This document shows positions 41,040-50,180 of a stretch of DNA of 63,897 nt, one piece after another. The stretch covers positions 1 through 63,897 of the forward strand of contig JBIOXB010000208.1 in assembly GCA_044869275.1 (NCBI GenBank), in the 5' to 3' direction. Below the pieces are notes generated by a model. It was not told the DNA's origin. It saw only the letters and a list, made by a program, of their open reading frames with translations, and ran no database searches. The position numbers were made by a program, and so were the translations under genes. Source of the DNA: a bacterium. GTDB lineage: Bacteria > Zhuqueibacterota > Zhuqueibacteria > Zhuqueibacterales > Zhuqueibacteraceae. Within the stretch, counting starts at the first letter, position 1. Every line of letters begins with the position of its first letter.

Positions 41040-42023
41040 TTACTGCTGCGAAATGAAGGCCGCATGCAAGCGCCGCGCGATGTTGGCAATCGTTTCATGC
41101 GCCTGCTCATGATCTGCAATGCCGCGCGTCAAGACCACCATCAAACACGGCTGGCGCTCAGGCGGAAAAATGATCGCAGCATCGTGATCAATGGCCGTGA
41201 TCGAACCGGTCTTGTTGCCCACGAGGGTCCCGGCCGGCAGTCCGGCGGGAATATTCTCGCGAAATTTTTGCCGTTGGAGAATTGCTATCATTTCTTGGCA
41301 AGCAGCCGGACTCGCCGCGCGATTCTGGACCAAGGCTTCCAGCGTGAGCATCAAATCATACGCATCCGTGCGATTGTTCAATCCCGCCTGGTAGGCTTTG
41401 CCATCTTCCACGCCGCGCAGCACTTTCATGTTGTGCACGCCGAGCTGTGCCAGCGTGTGCATGACGTTCTGCGCTTGCACGAGCTCGATCAACAGATTCG
41501 TCGCCAGATTGCTGCTCACCGTGATCATGGCCTCGACCAGGCTGCGAATCGTGGCCCGTTGGCCGAGGGCGCGGTACAGCAGATCGTCGCTATCCTCGCC
41601 GAGATCGAGCGCATAGGGCGAGCCATCGACTATGCTGGCGAAGGCATTTTTGATCAGCAAAGAATCTTCCAGGTGAAACTTGCCGGCCTCGGCCTGGCGG
41701 AAGACTTCGATCATCACCGGCACTTTCATGGTGCTGGCGGCGTGCATCATGCTTTTTTCATTGAAAAGGAATTCGTGGCCGGTGTGCCCATCACGAAAGG
41801 CCACGCCGATTTCGGCGTGCAGGCTGTCGGAGAGTTTTTGCAGCCATGAGTTGAGCATGGGCCGGGCAAAATCCGCGGAAGAGGTTTGCGAGCAAGAACC
41901 GCCGGCGGCGCAAGAGGAGGGAGGAAGCACGGATTCGGAAGAGCTCGCGGTACGCGACAAGATCAGGGTACAGCTCGTGAAAACCGGCATGGCCAGGCCT
42001 GGCCAATAGCGCGTTTTCTGCAT
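41040..42023 (-). CDS. Serine hydrolase, class A beta-lactamase-like family
   Basis: SxxK (AASTMK), SSN and NKTG. Start uncertain. Confidence 0.87.
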   Translation of the reverse strand: MQKTRYWPGLAMPVFTSCTLILSRTASSSESVLPPSSCAAGGSCSQTSSADFARPMLNSWLQKLSDSLHAEIGVAFRDGHTGHEFLFNEKSMMHAASTMKVPVMIEVFRQAEAGKFHLEDSLLIKNAFASIVDGSPYALDLGEDSDDLLYRALGQRATIRSLVEAMITVSSNLATNLLIELVQAQNVMHTLAQLGVHNMKVLRGVEDGKAYQAGLNNRTDAYDLMLTLEALVQNRAASPAACQEMIAILQRQKFRENIPAGLPAGTLVGNKTGSITAIDHDAAIIFPPERQPCLMVVLTRGIADHEQAHETIANIARRLHAAFISQQ

Positions 42024-42065
42024 CTCAGATATCCCTCCGCAGCGAAAGTTCGGAGCCGGGCGGTT

Positions 42066-42284
42066 TCATCGCAAGAGCGAGTTGATTTCCCCCGCGTGAG
42101 GAAATCGCCCGGTTTGATATTTCGAGAAAATCAGCTTGCCGTCTTTCTTGACCTCGAAGATGCCTTTGCTGCCCTTAATCAAAACAACTTCAGCCTCGGG
42201 AAACTGCTCTTGAATCTCTCGCTCCAAACTGGAGGCTTTGGGATGGTAGTTTCACATCACACAATATTGGATTTCGATTTTCAT
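42066..42284 (-). CDS. SelT/SelW/SelH (Rdx) family selenoprotein with in-frame UGA read as Sec
   Basis: Manual translation MKIEIQYCVM(U)NYHPKASSL..GIFEV..LIFSK..GRFP (72 aa). TGA at 42254-42252, AAGGAG RBS, and a hairpin downstream of the UGA. Confidence 0.9.
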
Positions 42285-42346
42285 TCACCTGCTCCTTACC
42301 GACGATCCAACGAATTTCAACACCCTCTTGTCATGCTGTAGGCATC

Positions 42347-42462
42347 AGACTGTGCGAAAACGCCTGGTCTCAACGCCGGCTGAGCTTGTCGAAGCCGGAT
42401 TATTGCGCTTGGCACCCTTCGACAAGCTCAGGGTGCGGCATTCTCAAGTTTTCACACAGTCT
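42347..42462. mobile_element. MITE-like element, family A, copy 1
   Basis: Terminal IRs AGACTGTGCGAAAA / TTTTCACACAGTCT and an internal CTGAGCTTGTCGAAG..CTTCGACAAGCTCAG palindrome. Inverted homolog at 50002-50116. Confidence 0.75.
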
Positions 42463-42512
42463 GATCGCTTCAGAGAATGACAAAGGTAGTATCTTGCTTC
42501 TTTCCTGCAACC

Positions 42513-43688
42513 TCACACCAGCACATCTTCCCGCACTTCACTTTCTTCGAATTTGCGAGGTTTGCCGTCAAAGCCGTCCACCAAATGCTCGGGATTGAGC
42601 GAGAACAATTCCGGCACCACGAAGCGGCCGTCTTTGCGAATGAGGCGATCGTCAAACCAAACTTCGCCGCCGCCATATTCCGGCGTTTGAATCATCACCA
42701 AGTCCCAATGCACCTGGCTGCGATTGCCGTTGTCGGCGTGCTCGTAAGCGTTGCCCGGCGTAAAATGGAATGAGCCCGCGATCTTCTCATCGAAAAGGAT
42801 GTCGAGCATGGGCTTTTTGATCAGCGGGTTGAATCCCAACGAGAACTCACCAATATAGCGCGCGCCTTCGTCAGTATCAAGAATTTCGTTCAGCCGCTTG
42901 GTCTTGTCGGCCGTGGCTCTGATGATTTTGCCGTTCTTAAAAACGAATTCGACGTCTGAGAAGGTGACGCCCTGATAAATCGTGGTCGCGTTGAAGTGAA
43001 TTTTGCCGTTGACCGAATCACGCACCGGCGCGGTGAAGCATTCGCCGTCGGGAATGTTGAATTCGCCGCCGCAAGGAACGGCCGGAATGCTTTTGATGCT
43101 GAACGCCAAATCCGTCTGCGGCCCCACCAGGCGCACGCGGTCCGTGCGCTCCATGTATTCTTTCAGCGCCTGCATGGCATGCGACATGCGGCCGTAGTCC
43201 ATGGTGCACACCTCGAAGTAAAAATCTTCGAACGCTTCGGTGCTCATGCCGGCTTGCTGCGCCATCGCGGAATTGGGGTAGCGCAGCACCACCCATTTCG
43301 TTTTCAAGCGAATCTCATGATGCACGGGCTGGAAAATGTGCTGCTGCAAGTGCCGCATTTTTGCCACCGGCACGTCGGACATCTCGCAGATGTTGAAGCT
43401 GCCGCGAATGCCGATGTAGGCGTGCATTTGCTGCATGCGATATTTTTCGAGGTCGCCCAGCAGCTTGAACGCATCTTCGCCGTATTTGCGGTACATCTGG
43501 CGCAACACCTGATTATGTTTGGTTTCAACGATCGGAATCGCGCCGCGGCGAATCGCCGCCTCGATCAACTCATTGACGAATGCTTCGGGAACGTCATAAG
43601 CTTCAATGAAAACTCTTTCTCCTCTTTGCAGCCGGGTGGAATGGGAAGTCAAAACCTCGGCCAAACGTGCGAGTCGTAGATCTCTCAT
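42513..43688 (-). CDS. Aminopeptidase, M29 (AmpS/PepS) family
   Basis: NIPDGECFTAP, IGEFSLG, LFDEKIAGSFH and NRSQVHWD. Confidence 0.93.
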   Translation of the reverse strand: MRDLRLARLAEVLTSHSTRLQRGERVFIEAYDVPEAFVNELIEAAIRRGAIPIVETKHNQVLRQMYRKYGEDAFKLLGDLEKYRMQQMHAYIGIRGSFNICEMSDVPVAKMRHLQQHIFQPVHHEIRLKTKWVVLRYPNSAMAQQAGMSTEAFEDFYFEVCTMDYGRMSHAMQALKEYMERTDRVRLVGPQTDLAFSIKSIPAVPCGGEFNIPDGECFTAPVRDSVNGKIHFNATTIYQGVTFSDVEFVFKNGKIIRATADKTKRLNEILDTDEGARYIGEFSLGFNPLIKKPMLDILFDEKIAGSFHFTPGNAYEHADNGNRSQVHWDLVMIQTPEYGGGEVWFDDRLIRKDGRFVVPELFSLNPEHLVDGFDGKPRKFEESEVREDVLV

Positions 43689-43985
43689 AATATCAACCCA
43701 AGTTGAAGTTCATGTTGCCGACCGGTCCTGCGCGAGTCGCCAACGATCACGGTTGTTGCAGGTCATTTCTTCCAAGCGATGTACAATCCGAAGGTGGGTA
43801 AGCGAGAAGAAAACCCTGTTTTTCGCCTTCAAAACAATTCACACATACGTGCAAATTGTTAGCCTTGCAGAACATTTTTAAAATAAATTATTGTAACAAA
43901 TTTCACAAAGAGTTTAACATGAATTTTACTGTACTTGTTCCAGCCTTGTTTTCATAGATGAAACATGAGTTTACCATTTTTCTAA

Positions 43986-45014
43986 ATGCAGACCCCTGAG
44001 ATTGAAAGCTCGTATCTGCATCTTGTTGAGACTGAGTATACATTCATGAGACAGCAATTAAAAGGTTGTTCTCTCAAAAACTATAAGGAGCTCTTGATGG
44101 ACGGAGCGTCTGACTGCTTTACAAGAGCGCGTAACCGACTGGATTTTTTGCCCCCGCTTTTGCCATGGAGCTCGGTATATAGTCTTTTCTGCGTCCAAAA
44201 ACTGGATGGTAAAAAGTCCAATGTGGCAAGCGCGGCCGCTGCGCCGGTGTTGTTTTTTTTGCTGTCATTTTTCCCGACAGCCTATTCTCCTCTGGCGGCG
44301 CAGTCTTCCTCCGGTGAGGTTTCCGTTTATCAGCCACAAGTTTTGGTCAATGAAACGCTGCGCTACCGTATGAGGTCCGGACGGACCCTCGTTGGCGAGA
44401 TGACCGTCAATATCGCGCGTGATGATATCCATGGCTTCATTCACATTGTGGAGTCCGTTACGGGTTTGTTCGAGCGGGCAACGGCTCTTACTTTGCGCCA
44501 CGATGCGGCGCTGCGGCCGCTCTCCAGCCACACCGTGTTTGGCAAGGCGGACCGGTTTTACTCCGTGCAGTTGAATTATGATGATGCCGCCGTCTCCGGG
44601 CAAATCGATCAACCGGCGGAATACGGCGGCAAGCGCGAGATCGAAGCCGCGCTGGTGCCGGCCACGCAAGATTTCTTCGCCGTGCCATACTTGTTGCGCG
44701 CGCGGTCCTTGCAAACGGCTGAGGCCATCTCCTTTCCGATTTTTGATTTTCACCAGGGGCGCAGCGCCCGGGCTCGTGCCTGGGTGGTAAGGATGGAAAC
44801 CGTTTCTGTGCCTGCCGGTGATTTTGCCTGCCACCGCGTGGAAGGATTCTCCGGCAAACTGCGCTGGATTTTTTTGATTGAAGAAAGATTCCCGCACCAT
44901 CTCGTCAAACAGGTTTTTCCGGCGATGGAAATCGAAATGGAATTGATCGCGGTGCAGGAAACGGCCGGCCCTACGCCTAACGCCGCCCAAAACAGTACGC
45001 TCAAGCTGCAATAA
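43986..45014 (+). CDS. Hypothetical exported protein (DUF3108-like)
   Basis: ETLRY and ETVSVPAGDFACHRV motifs. The AT-rich 5' part is probably not translated, so the start is uncertain. Confidence 0.6.
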   Translation: MQTPEIESSYLHLVETEYTFMRQQLKGCSLKNYKELLMDGASDCFTRARNRLDFLPPLLPWSSVYSLFCVQKLDGKKSNVASAAAAPVLFFLLSFFPTAYSPLAAQSSSGEVSVYQPQVLVNETLRYRMRSGRTLVGEMTVNIARDDIHGFIHIVESVTGLFERATALTLRHDAALRPLSSHTVFGKADRFYSVQLNYDDAAVSGQIDQPAEYGGKREIEAALVPATQDFFAVPYLLRARSLQTAEAISFPIFDFHQGRSARARAWVVRMETVSVPAGDFACHRVEGFSGKLRWIFLIEERFPHHLVKQVFPAMEIEMELIAVQETAGPTPNAAQNSTLKLQ

Positions 45015-45142
45015 AACTGGAAATGCAAGAAGGGGGTTGACATTCAAATCATTTCGATTAAATTCCGCTATCTTTCTGCTCTTACTTTTCTGCCTTCAGC
45101 ATGTTCAATTGCAGTGGTCTTGTATCTCAGGAGGGAAATTTT

Positions 45143-46033
45143 ATGTGGTCTCGCCTTGGCCGTTTTATTGTTCTTGTGATCGCGGCATGCAGTGTCTCTC
45201 AGCTACACACCGCACGGGCGGCGTGCTTCTTGTTTTCGTGCCAAAGTGCCTCGAAAATCGGCGAGATTCATGGCTATGATTTTTCCGATCAAGCGGCGCA
45301 GGTTGTCGCGCTCTCCAAAAATCTGTCCGAAGTCTCGGGATTGGCGTTCACCGACGACGGCCGCTTGTATGCGCACAACGACGAAGCCGCCATGATTTTC
45401 GAAATCGAACCGAAAACCGGAAAAGAGCTGAAAAAATTCTATCTTGGCAGGCCGATGGTCACAGGAGATTTCGAGGGCATTGCCGCGAAGAAAGATACAC
45501 TGTTCCTCACCAACAGCAGCGGCACCATCTTTCGTTTTCGCGCGGGGGAAAACGGCCAGGCGGTGAGATACGACATGTTCAAGACTGCTTTGCACGCGAA
45601 GAATAACGTCGAAGGCCTGGCCTACGATCCGGCCACCGACTGTCTATTGCTCGCCTGCAAAGATGACGCCGGCACGGGCCGCAGCGATCAAAAAGCCATT
45701 TATGCATTTTCATTGAAGACGCTCAAGCTCGAAGCAAAGCCACGTTTTTTGCTGTCGCTCGCTGAGATTTTAACGCACACCGGGCGCAAAGAATTCAATC
45801 CTTCCGGCCTTGAGCGCCACCCCGTGACGGGCCATTTCTTTGTGCTTGCATTCAACGGCCTTGCTATTGCTGAAATCGATCCGCAAGGAAGGATTTTAGG
45901 AATTTCAAAACTGCACAAATCCACCCACAAGCAGCCGGAGGGCCTGGCCATTGCCAAAGACGGCACCATGGTCATTGCCAACGAAGGTCAGGGTAAAACC
46001 GCGAAGCTGGTGATTTATCGTCCGCTGAAATAG
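45143..46033 (+). CDS. SdiA-regulated (YjiK-like) beta-propeller protein
   Basis: LSEVSGL, HNDE, DFEGI, NVEGL, FNPSGL and QPEGL. Signal peptide and GGAGG RBS. Confidence 0.8.
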   Translation: MWSRLGRFIVLVIAACSVSQLHTARAACFLFSCQSASKIGEIHGYDFSDQAAQVVALSKNLSEVSGLAFTDDGRLYAHNDEAAMIFEIEPKTGKELKKFYLGRPMVTGDFEGIAAKKDTLFLTNSSGTIFRFRAGENGQAVRYDMFKTALHAKNNVEGLAYDPATDCLLLACKDDAGTGRSDQKAIYAFSLKTLKLEAKPRFLLSLAEILTHTGRKEFNPSGLERHPVTGHFFVLAFNGLAIAEIDPQGRILGISKLHKSTHKQPEGLAIAKDGTMVIANEGQGKTAKLVIYRPLK

Positions 46034-46055
46034 TTCAACATTTTCCATGAGTTGT

Positions 46056-46235
46056 TAGCCTGATTAATTCATAAAATCAAACCGCCGAGACGCAGAGTTC
46101 GCGGAGAACCTCAAGCTATCCAATAGTTACGGTAGGAAGAGGCCCTTTGTGCGGTCCTTAACCAGGTCAGCATAATCTAGTTTTCTTCAACCTCTGCGTG
46201 CTCGGCGACTCTGCGGTTATCAATTATTCAGGCTA
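46056..46235. mobile_element. MITE-like element, family C
   Basis: TIR TAGCCTGATTAATT / AATTATTCAGGCTA (13 of 14 match) enclosing inverted CGCAGAG-type repeat arms. Confidence 0.55.
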
Positions 46236-46357
46236 GCGATTTCACGGCGATAAGAATATACAATAGTATGGTACAATGCGTATTTCCGTGATAATCTTCC
46301 CAAGAGGGCTACAACAAAACCTAGGGAAGATCCCGAAGCGTCGGGATGACATAAGGT

Positions 46358-47398
46358 TCATTCCCATTGCTTCCTCTCCCCGCGCTCCCACAACGAAAAC
46401 AAAATCCGCCCTAAACTTTCTTCCAACCCCGCAGCGATTTTTTCACGAAGGCTTTCTTTGGACTTGTAAGTGACTTCGTAAATCTCGCAGGCCTCGCTGG
46501 CCGCGAAGAGATAATCATCGATGGCAAGCAATTCATCCACGAGCTTCAAATCCAGGGCGCGTTTGCCATACCAATACTCGCCAGTCGCCACTTTGTCGAT
46601 ATCGATTTGCGCGCGGTTCTCGCGAATGAAATCCTTGAAGAGCGCATGCGTTTCTTCGATTTGCTCGATGAATTTTCGCCGGCCTTTCTCCGTGATTTCG
46701 CCGAAAATCGACAGCGTGCGCTTGTATTCGCCCGCGGTGATCTCTTCGTAATCGATATTGTGCTTTTTCAGCAGACGGTTGAAATTCGGCACCTGTGAAA
46801 TCACGCCGATGGAGCCGACGATGGCAAAGGGCGCGGCGAGAATACGATCCGCGACGCAAGCCATCAAGTAGCCACCGCTCGCGGCAACTTTGTCCACGCT
46901 AATGGTAAGCGGAATTTTTTTCTGCTTGAGCCGCGTCAGCTGCGATGCCGCCAGGCCATAGCTGTGCACCATGCCGCCCGAGCTTTCCAGGCGGAGCACC
47001 ACCTCGTCATCCGATTTGGCAACGGTCAGAATCGCCGTGATTTCTTCGCGCAAAGCGGTCACCGCAGAAGCCCGCAAATCCCCTTTGAAGTTGAGCACAT
47101 ACACTTTTTTCTTTTCCGGAGGCGGCGCCTTCTTGAGCTGTTTGGCCTCGGCTTTCAGCTGCTTGTGCCGTTCTTTCATCTCGCGTTTCAACTCCACCGG
47201 ATGCAGCATCTCGTGGCGCAAGCTGTCGCGCAGGCTTTCGTAGTGCTGGTTGAGTCTCTTGACCATGAGGCGGTCGCGGCCCATTTCTCTTTCCCGTTGC
47301 ACCGCCGCGATCATGCCGCGAATGATCATCACCACCGCCAAAACTATAGTGATCGCTTTGGCGAGAAACAAGCCGTAGTCTTTGAGAAGTTCTAGCAT
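46358..47398 (-). CDS. sohB: Protease SohB (S49 family)
   Basis: FKGDLRAS, LREEITA, LESSGGMVHSYGLAASQL, DKVAASGGYLMAC and TAGEYKRT. Confidence 0.93.
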   Translation of the reverse strand: MLELLKDYGLFLAKAITIVLAVVMIIRGMIAAVQREREMGRDRLMVKRLNQHYESLRDSLRHEMLHPVELKREMKERHKQLKAEAKQLKKAPPPEKKKVYVLNFKGDLRASAVTALREEITAILTVAKSDDEVVLRLESSGGMVHSYGLAASQLTRLKQKKIPLTISVDKVAASGGYLMACVADRILAAPFAIVGSIGVISQVPNFNRLLKKHNIDYEEITAGEYKRTLSIFGEITEKGRRKFIEQIEETHALFKDFIRENRAQIDIDKVATGEYWYGKRALDLKLVDELLAIDDYLFAASEACEIYEVTYKSKESLREKIAAGLEESLGRILFSLWERGERKQWE

Positions 47399-47706
47399 GT
47401 GATTTTTTAGGTTGAGTGATATTGCCACGATTGGTTTATCATGCACACGACGAAAGCAAATGTCAATATATTTCTCTTTCCGCAGAAGCGCAATTGCGAT
47501 TTTTTGTTTCCGGAGTGAAACGCGTTTGACTCATTGACGAAAATTTTGCATTTTGGGGTGCGAGGAAACAGAGATTTCCGGAGGCCGCGGGGATAGGCGA
47601 GAGGTAAAACGTATGAGGTGAGCTGTGAAACGTAAACCAACTGCTGCATTGCAGGGCGTTTGCACGGAATGATTTGAAATGGCAGTGACACGAAAGGAGG
47701 CAAAAG

Positions 47707-49767
47707 ATGCGCGACTCGAAAAATTCCGGCCGGGTAAACTCATCGCACGCCTTGGCCACGGCGCTTTTCGTTTTCAGTGTGATCTTGTCGGGCGCGATCA
47801 GCGCACCGGCGCAAAGCGGAGAGCAGAAGCCTGCACGCTGGACGCCGGAGGCCATGATGCAATATCACCGTTTGCTCGAGACCGCCATGTCTCCCGATGG
47901 CAAATGGGTCGCTTACACCGTGTCGGCGCCGGTCATGGACGGTGAAAAGAGCGAGTATCGCACGCATATTTTCATGGTGAGCGCCGAGGGCAAGAGTGAT
48001 TTTCAATTCACGCAAGGTGACAAATCGTGCACGAATCCGCGCTGGTCGCCGGCGGGCAACGCGCTGGCGTTCTTATCAGCGCGCGGCGGTGAGAAGAATG
48101 ACATTTGGCTGATCCGGCCGCACGGCGGCGAGGCGGAAAAACTCACCACCGCCAAAAGCGGCGTGAACCAATTCCAGTGGTCACCCGACGGCAAGTACCT
48201 CGCCTACACCATGAACGACCCTGTGACGGAGGAAGAGGAGAAGAGCAGCAAGGAAAAAAACGACGCTCTGGTCGTCGATGAAAACTTCAAGTACGCGCAT
48301 CTGTACTTGCTTCCCGTGGAGAAGAATGCGAAAGGCGAGCGGCCGGTGCAGCGCCTCACGCGCGGCGGATTTCACGTGGGAAATTTCAACTGGTCGCCGG
48401 ACGGCAAATGGCTGGCTTTCGATCATCAAGCCACCCCGCTGGTAAATGACTGGCCCACCACCACGATTTCACTCGCGCCTGCGGACAGCGGTGCGATCAG
48501 GCCGCTTTTCACCAAAGCGTTCGCGGTGAACCCGAACTTTTCACCGGATGGCAAGTGGCTGGCCTTCAGTCATGATGGCGGCGACACGCGCTGGGCGCAG
48601 CGCCGCGATATTTACGTGATGCCCATGGCGGGCGGTGAGGCGCGCAAAGTGGGCAAAACTCACGATGATCAGTCCAGCGTCTGGGGATGGTCGGCGGACG
48701 GCAGGGAGATTTTCTACACCGAAACCGAACGCACTTGCGGCCGTGCCTTTGCGCTGCACGTGGCCACCGGCAAAGCGCGCGCGCTGACCACGGGCAGCGG
48801 CACTTTCGGCGGGGTTTCGTTCAGCAAAGATTCGAAAATGCTGGCAGCGATTCATCAAAGCTCCGAGCTCTTGCCGCAAGTGGTCGTCTCCACGACCGCA
48901 AAGTTTTCGCCGGTGAGGATCACGAATGTGAATCGCGACTTTCCGGGACTGCCCATGGGCCGCACCGAGGCGATAACGTGGAAAGCGCCGGACGGACGCG
49001 AAATCGAAGGTTTGGTCACATATCCCGTGAACTATGTCGCCGGCCGCAAATATCCTGTCGTGCTCAACATTCATGGCGGGCCCGCAGGGGTGTTCACGCA
49101 ATCTTTCACGGCGGCCTCCTCCATTTATCCGTTGCAAGCATTTGCCGCGCTCGATTATGTGATCCTGCGACCGAATCCGCGCGGCAGCAGCGGCTATGGC
49201 GCGGAATTCCGCCGCGCCAATATCAAGGACTGGGGCTTCGGCGACTATGAAGACGACATGGCGGGCGTGGAGGCATTGATCAATCAAGGCCTCGTGCACG
49301 CCGACAGCCTTGCCGTGTGCGGCTGGAGTTACGGCGGCTACATGACTTCTTTCATGATCACACGCACCAAGCGCTTCAAAGCCGCCTCCGTGGGCGCAGG
49401 CGTGACCAATCTGGTGAGCTTCACCGGCACCGCCGACATTCCCGGATTCTTGCCGGACTATTTTCTCGGCCAGCCGTGGGACCATCCCGAAACCTACGCC
49501 AAGCACTCCGCCATGTTCAACGTGAAAGGCGTGACCACGCCGACGTTGATTCTGCACGGCGAGAAAGACGTGCGCGTGCCGCTCTCGCAAGGGCAGGAAT
49601 TTTACAATGCGCTCAAACAGCAGGATTGCCCGGCGCAATTGGTGATTTATCCGCGCACGCCGCACGGCGTGCAAGAGCCGAAGTTCATTCTCGACATCGG
49701 CAATCGTTTGCTCGGCTGGTTCGAGCAATACCTTCGCGGCAAGAAAAACGGCGCCGGGACGTCCTAA
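47707..49767 (+). CDS. S9 family peptidase (acylaminoacyl/dipeptidyl peptidase-like)
   Basis: PD40-type propeller repeats (WSPDG), HGGP, nucleophile GWSYGG, HGEKDVRV and catalytic H in TPHG. Confidence 0.93.
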   Translation: MRDSKNSGRVNSSHALATALFVFSVILSGAISAPAQSGEQKPARWTPEAMMQYHRLLETAMSPDGKWVAYTVSAPVMDGEKSEYRTHIFMVSAEGKSDFQFTQGDKSCTNPRWSPAGNALAFLSARGGEKNDIWLIRPHGGEAEKLTTAKSGVNQFQWSPDGKYLAYTMNDPVTEEEEKSSKEKNDALVVDENFKYAHLYLLPVEKNAKGERPVQRLTRGGFHVGNFNWSPDGKWLAFDHQATPLVNDWPTTTISLAPADSGAIRPLFTKAFAVNPNFSPDGKWLAFSHDGGDTRWAQRRDIYVMPMAGGEARKVGKTHDDQSSVWGWSADGREIFYTETERTCGRAFALHVATGKARALTTGSGTFGGVSFSKDSKMLAAIHQSSELLPQVVVSTTAKFSPVRITNVNRDFPGLPMGRTEAITWKAPDGREIEGLVTYPVNYVAGRKYPVVLNIHGGPAGVFTQSFTAASSIYPLQAFAALDYVILRPNPRGSSGYGAEFRRANIKDWGFGDYEDDMAGVEALINQGLVHADSLAVCGWSYGGYMTSFMITRTKRFKAASVGAGVTNLVSFTGTADIPGFLPDYFLGQPWDHPETYAKHSAMFNVKGVTTPTLILHGEKDVRVPLSQGQEFYNALKQQDCPAQLVIYPRTPHGVQEPKFILDIGNRLLGWFEQYLRGKKNGAGTS

Positions 49768-49829
49768 CGAAGCGCATTTCGCAACCTTTGTTCCGTTCAT
49801 TATTAGATGGCATAGCCCGGACAAGCCGG

Positions 49830-49897
49830 AAACCCAAAATGCAACGCTCAAAACCCGAAGGTGATTTTGAATTTTGAGCTTTGGATTTTGAGTTTTT
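49830..49897. repeat. Inverted heptamer array, TTTTGAR family
   Basis: AAACCCA AAATGCA ACGCTCA AAACCCG ... TTTTGAA TTTTGAG CTTTGGA TTTTGAG. Confidence 0.7.
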
Positions 49898-50001
49898 CTG
49901 CTAAGCAAGCGCAAATTTCACTTGTTATGGCATAACTTTCACATGTCATTCTGAATGAATCTTGGTCGAATTGCTCACTGCGACATTGCTTACCAAGATT
50001 C

Positions 50002-50116
50002 AGACGGTGTGAAACTTGGGAAGGCCGCACCCTGAGCTTGTCGAAGGGTGCTAAGTTCAAGAATCAGACTTCGACAAGCTCAGCCTGCGTAGAAACCAAG
50101 CGTTTTTACACAGCCT
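50002..50116. mobile_element. MITE-like element, family A, copy 2, with 5-bp target duplication
   Basis: Reverse-complement homolog of 42347-42462, flanked by direct GATTC (49997-50001 and 50117-50121). Confidence 0.8.
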
Positions 50117-50180
50117 GATTCTTTCTGAATGACAATTGCATTGGAAATAAGGAAAGCGCTTGCGGAACCATTAGGGCAAA

